Assembly: GCA_976551045.1 (NCBI GenBank) | Contig: CDPCPM010000005.1 | Span: forward strand, 9,052,001-9,116,000 | Direction: 5' to 3' | Source of the DNA: Glaucostegus cemiculus | Taxonomy: Eukaryota | Length of the DNA: 64,000 bases | Part shown: positions 60,134-64,000 of the stretch, one piece after another | Layout of the letters: the number at the start of each line of letters is the position of its first letter | How positions within the stretch are numbered: position 1 is the first letter of the stretch | Position numbers and translations under genes: made by a program | Notes under the pieces: model-generated | Database searches by the model: none | Told to the model about the DNA's origin: nothing | Seen by the model: the letters and a program-made list of their open reading frames with translations, nothing else

Positions 60134-62360
60134 CACAAGAATACAAGAAAATAGCAAGAATAGGCCACCTGTACCAGAATCAGAATCAGTTTTATTGTCA
60201 CAACCATATACATACATGGTACGCATAGGAGCGAGATACCGTCGTCCACAGGAACACGTCTCATAAAAAAAGAATAACATAACAACCAACAGAGAGACAC
60301 ATACACACTTGGCAGAATACACAGTACAAAACATTACCCATTAGTTCTTACATAAATAGATCTTAAAGTGAACGGGCTGGTGTCGGGCATTTAAAGTGCT
60401 GGTGCATTTCTGTGCACCTAGCATCTCCTAGTGTTAACAAAGGAAGATGGAGGGATGAGAGAGTTTGCAGTTCTTATGGCTTGCGGAAAGAAGCTATTGT
60501 TCAGCCTGGACGTTCTTGCCCTGATACATTTAAGCCTCCTCCCTGATGGCAAAATTGTGAAGAGGTGGTGGGAGGGGTGAGAGGGGTCGGCCATTATGCT
60601 TTTGGTCTTCCTCACACAACGGTCTTTGTATATGTCTGCGAGGGATGGAAGCGAGACACCTATGATCCACTCCGCAGCCTTAACTATCTTCTGGAGGGAC
60701 TTCCGCCCAGCAGCTGAGCAGCTTCCAAACCAAACAGAGATACATTGAGTTAGGATGCTCTCAATGGTCCCCCTGTAGAAGGATTTCATGACTGAGGGGT
60801 GTGGGTACGCTTTCCTCAGTCTCTGCAGGAAGTAGAGGCGTTTCTGAGCCTTCTTCGTGAGGGCCGTAATGTTAGTGGACCAGGTCAGGTCGTCGGTGAT
60901 GTGCACCCCCAGGAACTTGGTGCTGCGTACTTGTTCCACAGCAGACCCGTTGATGGTCAGCGGAGCGTGCACACGATGACCCCTCCTAAAATCCACTATC
61001 ATCTCCTTGGTTTTATCCACATTCAAGGAGAGGTTGTTGTCATGGCACCACACGGCTAGTTGGTTCACCTCCTCTCTATAGTCCGACTCATCGTCATTCG
61101 TAACAAGACCCACCACTGTCGTGTCATCGGCAAATTTAACCACCATACCACACTGTAGTATTGCCTCTCCATTCAATATGATCAATGGCTGAGTTGACTC
61201 AGGCCTCAACTCCTCTTCTGTGCCAGTTCCACATGGTTCCCAATTCCATGAACGTTCAAAAATTTACCTACCCTCCCTTTAAATACCTCCAGTGACATAA
61301 TCTCCAATAACTCCAGGGTAGACAATTTCAGAGATTCACTACCCTTTGAGAAGGGATTTCCATGCTTCTAAGTTTAAAGTGATTGCTATCTTGTAACTAT
61401 GTTCCCTCGTTTAAGACTCTCACACTAGTGGAAACATCTTAACATCTACCTTATCATGTCCATTAGGATTTTCAGCCATTTGCAATAGGATAACTGTCTA
61501 ATCCCAGGAATTAGTCTAATGAATCTCTTTTTGGACTGCCTCCAACAATACCATATCCTTCCTTAAATAAGGGGATCTAAACTGTGTACAGTACCCAGGT
61601 GCAGCCTCAACATCTCTCTGTACAATTGTTATAATACTTCAACTCCATAGCAATAAAGACCAAATGCCTTTTGCCGCCTTAATTATTTGCCTCACCTGCA
61701 TGGTAACCTTGTGTATTTCATGCACAGGAATATCTGGATCACTCTGTATTCCATTCATTTGAAGATTGTCGGTTACATAATAGTCTGCTTTTGATTCTGC
61801 ATGACACCATGCTTTCCTACTTTAAACTCCATTTGCCAAGTTTTCCCCCCCACTTACTCAGTCTGTATATGTGTCCTGTGGCAGAGTTAAACTAACTTCA
61901 TTGCATCATGTCCTCCCACCAGTTTTCGTGTCATTAGCAAACTTGGATATCTTACACTCTGCTCTCTCCTTCATTGTTATTTATGTAGATAATAAATAAT
62001 AGAGTGCCAAGAGCTGATCCTAGGGGCACTCCACAAGTTACATCTTTCCATCCAGAAAAAGACCCATTGATTCTAACTGCCTTCTGTGAAGGTCTGCCTT
62101 CAATCCATATTAACACACTTCCCCCAATACCATGAGTTCTTTTGCACTAGCCTTTTATGTGGCACCTTCTTGAATGCCTTCTGGAAAACCAAATACACTA
62201 TCGCTACAGGTTCCCCTCTATCAGCTCTGCTTATTATATCCTTAAAAGAATTCTAGCAAATGCATAAAACATGATTTTCCTTTCATAAAACCATGTTGAT
62301 TTGGTTTGATTGAAAAAACTTCTGCATAATAACTAGCTCTTTCTTCCTTGATTATAGACT
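60134..62360 (-). mobile_element. Degraded CR1 LINE whose 3' end is split by a Rex1-like LINE
   Basis: Tail ACAAGAATACAAGAAAATAG...ATAGGCCACC at 60134-60170 resumes at 61151 (CCATTCAATATGATCAATGGCTGA); KFANDT and FQKAFKKVPH relics near 61930 and 62160. Confidence 0.78.
60177..61145 (-). mobile_element. Young Rex1/Babar-like LINE, 5'-truncated, uninterrupted ORF
   Basis: Open frame from VVKFADDTTVVGLV to the stop at 60418 (~240 codons; KAQKRLYFL, DPSHPSHHLF..LPSGRR, NSFFPQAIR); 3' UTR ends GTGACAATAAAA(CTGATT)2; TSD TACCA (60172-60176 / 61146-61150). Confidence 0.9.
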
Positions 62361-64000
62361 TAATCACCAACTTAATGTTTAATGTGCCACCATAGAGTGA
62401 AAAATTCCAGAGCACAGCAGTTAAAGACTTTTCACAGTTTCATTATTGTTTAAGCATCTCTCTCTATATTTGCCATTACAGCATGTTTGCACATTCTTTC
62501 TTAAAGATTGCAGTTTTTTAAAACAATATAGGCAACAAAAACAGTGGTCATATAAGTAAGGTAGTCCAATCAATTTAGAGACAAATTCAAGAGAAACCTT
62601 CTTATCCACGGAGTTAGTAGAATGTAGATTTACTACCACAAGGAAAAGTTGGGTTTAATAGCATAAATGTATTTAAGGGGTAATTGGGCATGTACGTTAG
62701 GGAGAAAGGAATAAATGAAGAGGGATGGAAGGAGATTGTGGAGCATAGTAGGTCAGTGAAGACCAACTGGTCCTATCACTTCCATAGTTCAGTTTAGACC
62801 CTCCTGATTCCAATTCCTATGCGATAAGTTTGAGGTAAAGTGGAAAAACATATAGAATTCCACAGATGGATTCTGCCAGTTTTTTTAACACTTTCTTTTT
62901 CAACAATTCAACATCTATGTGAAACTTCAGCAGACAATTATGAACTTGCAAGTGCTGGTTTAATTAAGGAGGTTTTTTATTTGAACAGAATGAATACTCA
63001 ATGGCTTTTGCTTTGAAAGTAAAGAGATGTTTGAAGAGTATTAAAAGAATATTGGATCAATAGCTTCAAACAAATATTAAAAAGCTCTCGATATTTTAGT
63101 TAACTGAATCCACAGCTTCTTCTGGATTAGATTACATGGCTATATTATGATGCATCTAGCCCGTTGTCTGTACTTCCCACCCACCCGCACTTAGGCCAGG
63201 TGCAGAGGGCTGATTAAGCTAACTCTTGGCTCCCAGGTGATGTTTGGCAAGGGTGGTCTCAGTGATAAGTAGGCCTCAACCAGTTTAGTGTGTAAGCTCA
63301 CTGCTGGAATACTTTTCATCCTCCTTTTGGGGCCAAGAATCACAATTACATGAATGGAGTCTTCAATCCGAAGCCAGGTCTTACTGGTAAAGTATTCCAT
63401 GTGTCTAGTGTAAAATGGAATGATGGTGCTGAGCAAGTTCCAGATTTACATGGTCTAAGTCTGAGCTTTAGTTGCATTGGAAAGGCGTTTCGCCAATAGT
63501 TTCCTTTGGAACTGCTATCCACTTGCTGCTGACGCTTCATGATGATATTGGTCCATCATTCTCGTATTGTTGTAGGCCAGTAAGCTCTTTAGAATTAGGG
63601 GCATAGTGGAATTTGGAAATTTTATTACAAGCATGCAGAGGAGAGCATTCATCATGCTGAAATCTCTGTCTGAAAGTCTTCAATTACAGCAAAGCCACTT
63701 TGGACAATACTTCATGAAGTGGTGCACATATGCATATTGTCACATCGATAAGCACTTGAGAACTTGGAAGAGCACAGAGAAAACAAGACAACTTCAACAG
63801 CATGAAGTCTTAATAATTTTACATTAACCCCTTATTATCCACATCAATCATTCCTGTTTGCCTCTGGATAGATTATATCTGGCCCATTTGGATACAACCA
63901 GTTGGACTTCCAAACTGAACATGATTCCCTCAATAACTGAGATACCCATGATGTGGAATTTTAATGTAACCAGTCTCAAACAGCTTCAAATGTTTTTGCT

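Noticed and set aside
60418-61209. ALKBH8-like or other host gene
   Set aside because: The KAQKRLYFL region is the Rex1-type C-terminal domain that is often mis-annotated; the first ~21 residues come from flanking CR1 sequence beyond the TSD.
62770-62840. Possible USP34 exon 13 (ag...GAG|gtaaag)
   Set aside because: The translation does not resemble the expected SPAASP-containing exon and the acceptor lies at a CR1 relic end; the true exon is probably beyond the window.
1-64000. CRISPR arrays, prokaryotic operons, rRNA or intronic snoRNA genes
   Set aside because: No regularly spaced repeat-spacer structure, the sequence is clearly spliceosomal eukaryotic, and I could not support any C/D or H/ACA snoRNA by eye. 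An Rfam scan would be needed to exclude them.

Overview
Eukaryotic, AT-rich, repeat-dense vertebrate DNA. The repeat content (CR1/HER1-type LINEs, V-domain tRNA SINEs, Rex1/Babar, Penelope-like and RTE relics) suggests a shark or ray; this is an inference and the species cannot be determined. Two + strand genes lie in tandem. The first is the last seven coding exons and 3' UTR of XPO1/CRM1 (2086-~13175). The second, after ~6 kb, is the CpG-island promoter and first twelve coding exons of USP34 (ATG at 19664, exon 12 ending at 58020; the gene continues past the window). All called exons have GT-AG boundaries and compatible phases. Exon numbers follow the human genes as recalled. Most ORFs in the supplied track are repeat fragments or noise. 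I found no clearly new protein-coding system. The strongest leads are: (i) a dispersed Penelope-like repeat carrying decayed minimal type I hammerhead ribozyme motifs, often inserted as inverted fold-backs; (ii) one SINE head joined to two different LINE-like tails (CR1 and Rex1); (iii) repeated nested insertions with visible TSDs, including a three-level nest; (iv) an out-of-frame uORF overlapping the USP34 start codon; (v) a LINE tail that appears to form the XPO1 exon 19 acceptor region. All alignments were done by eye.
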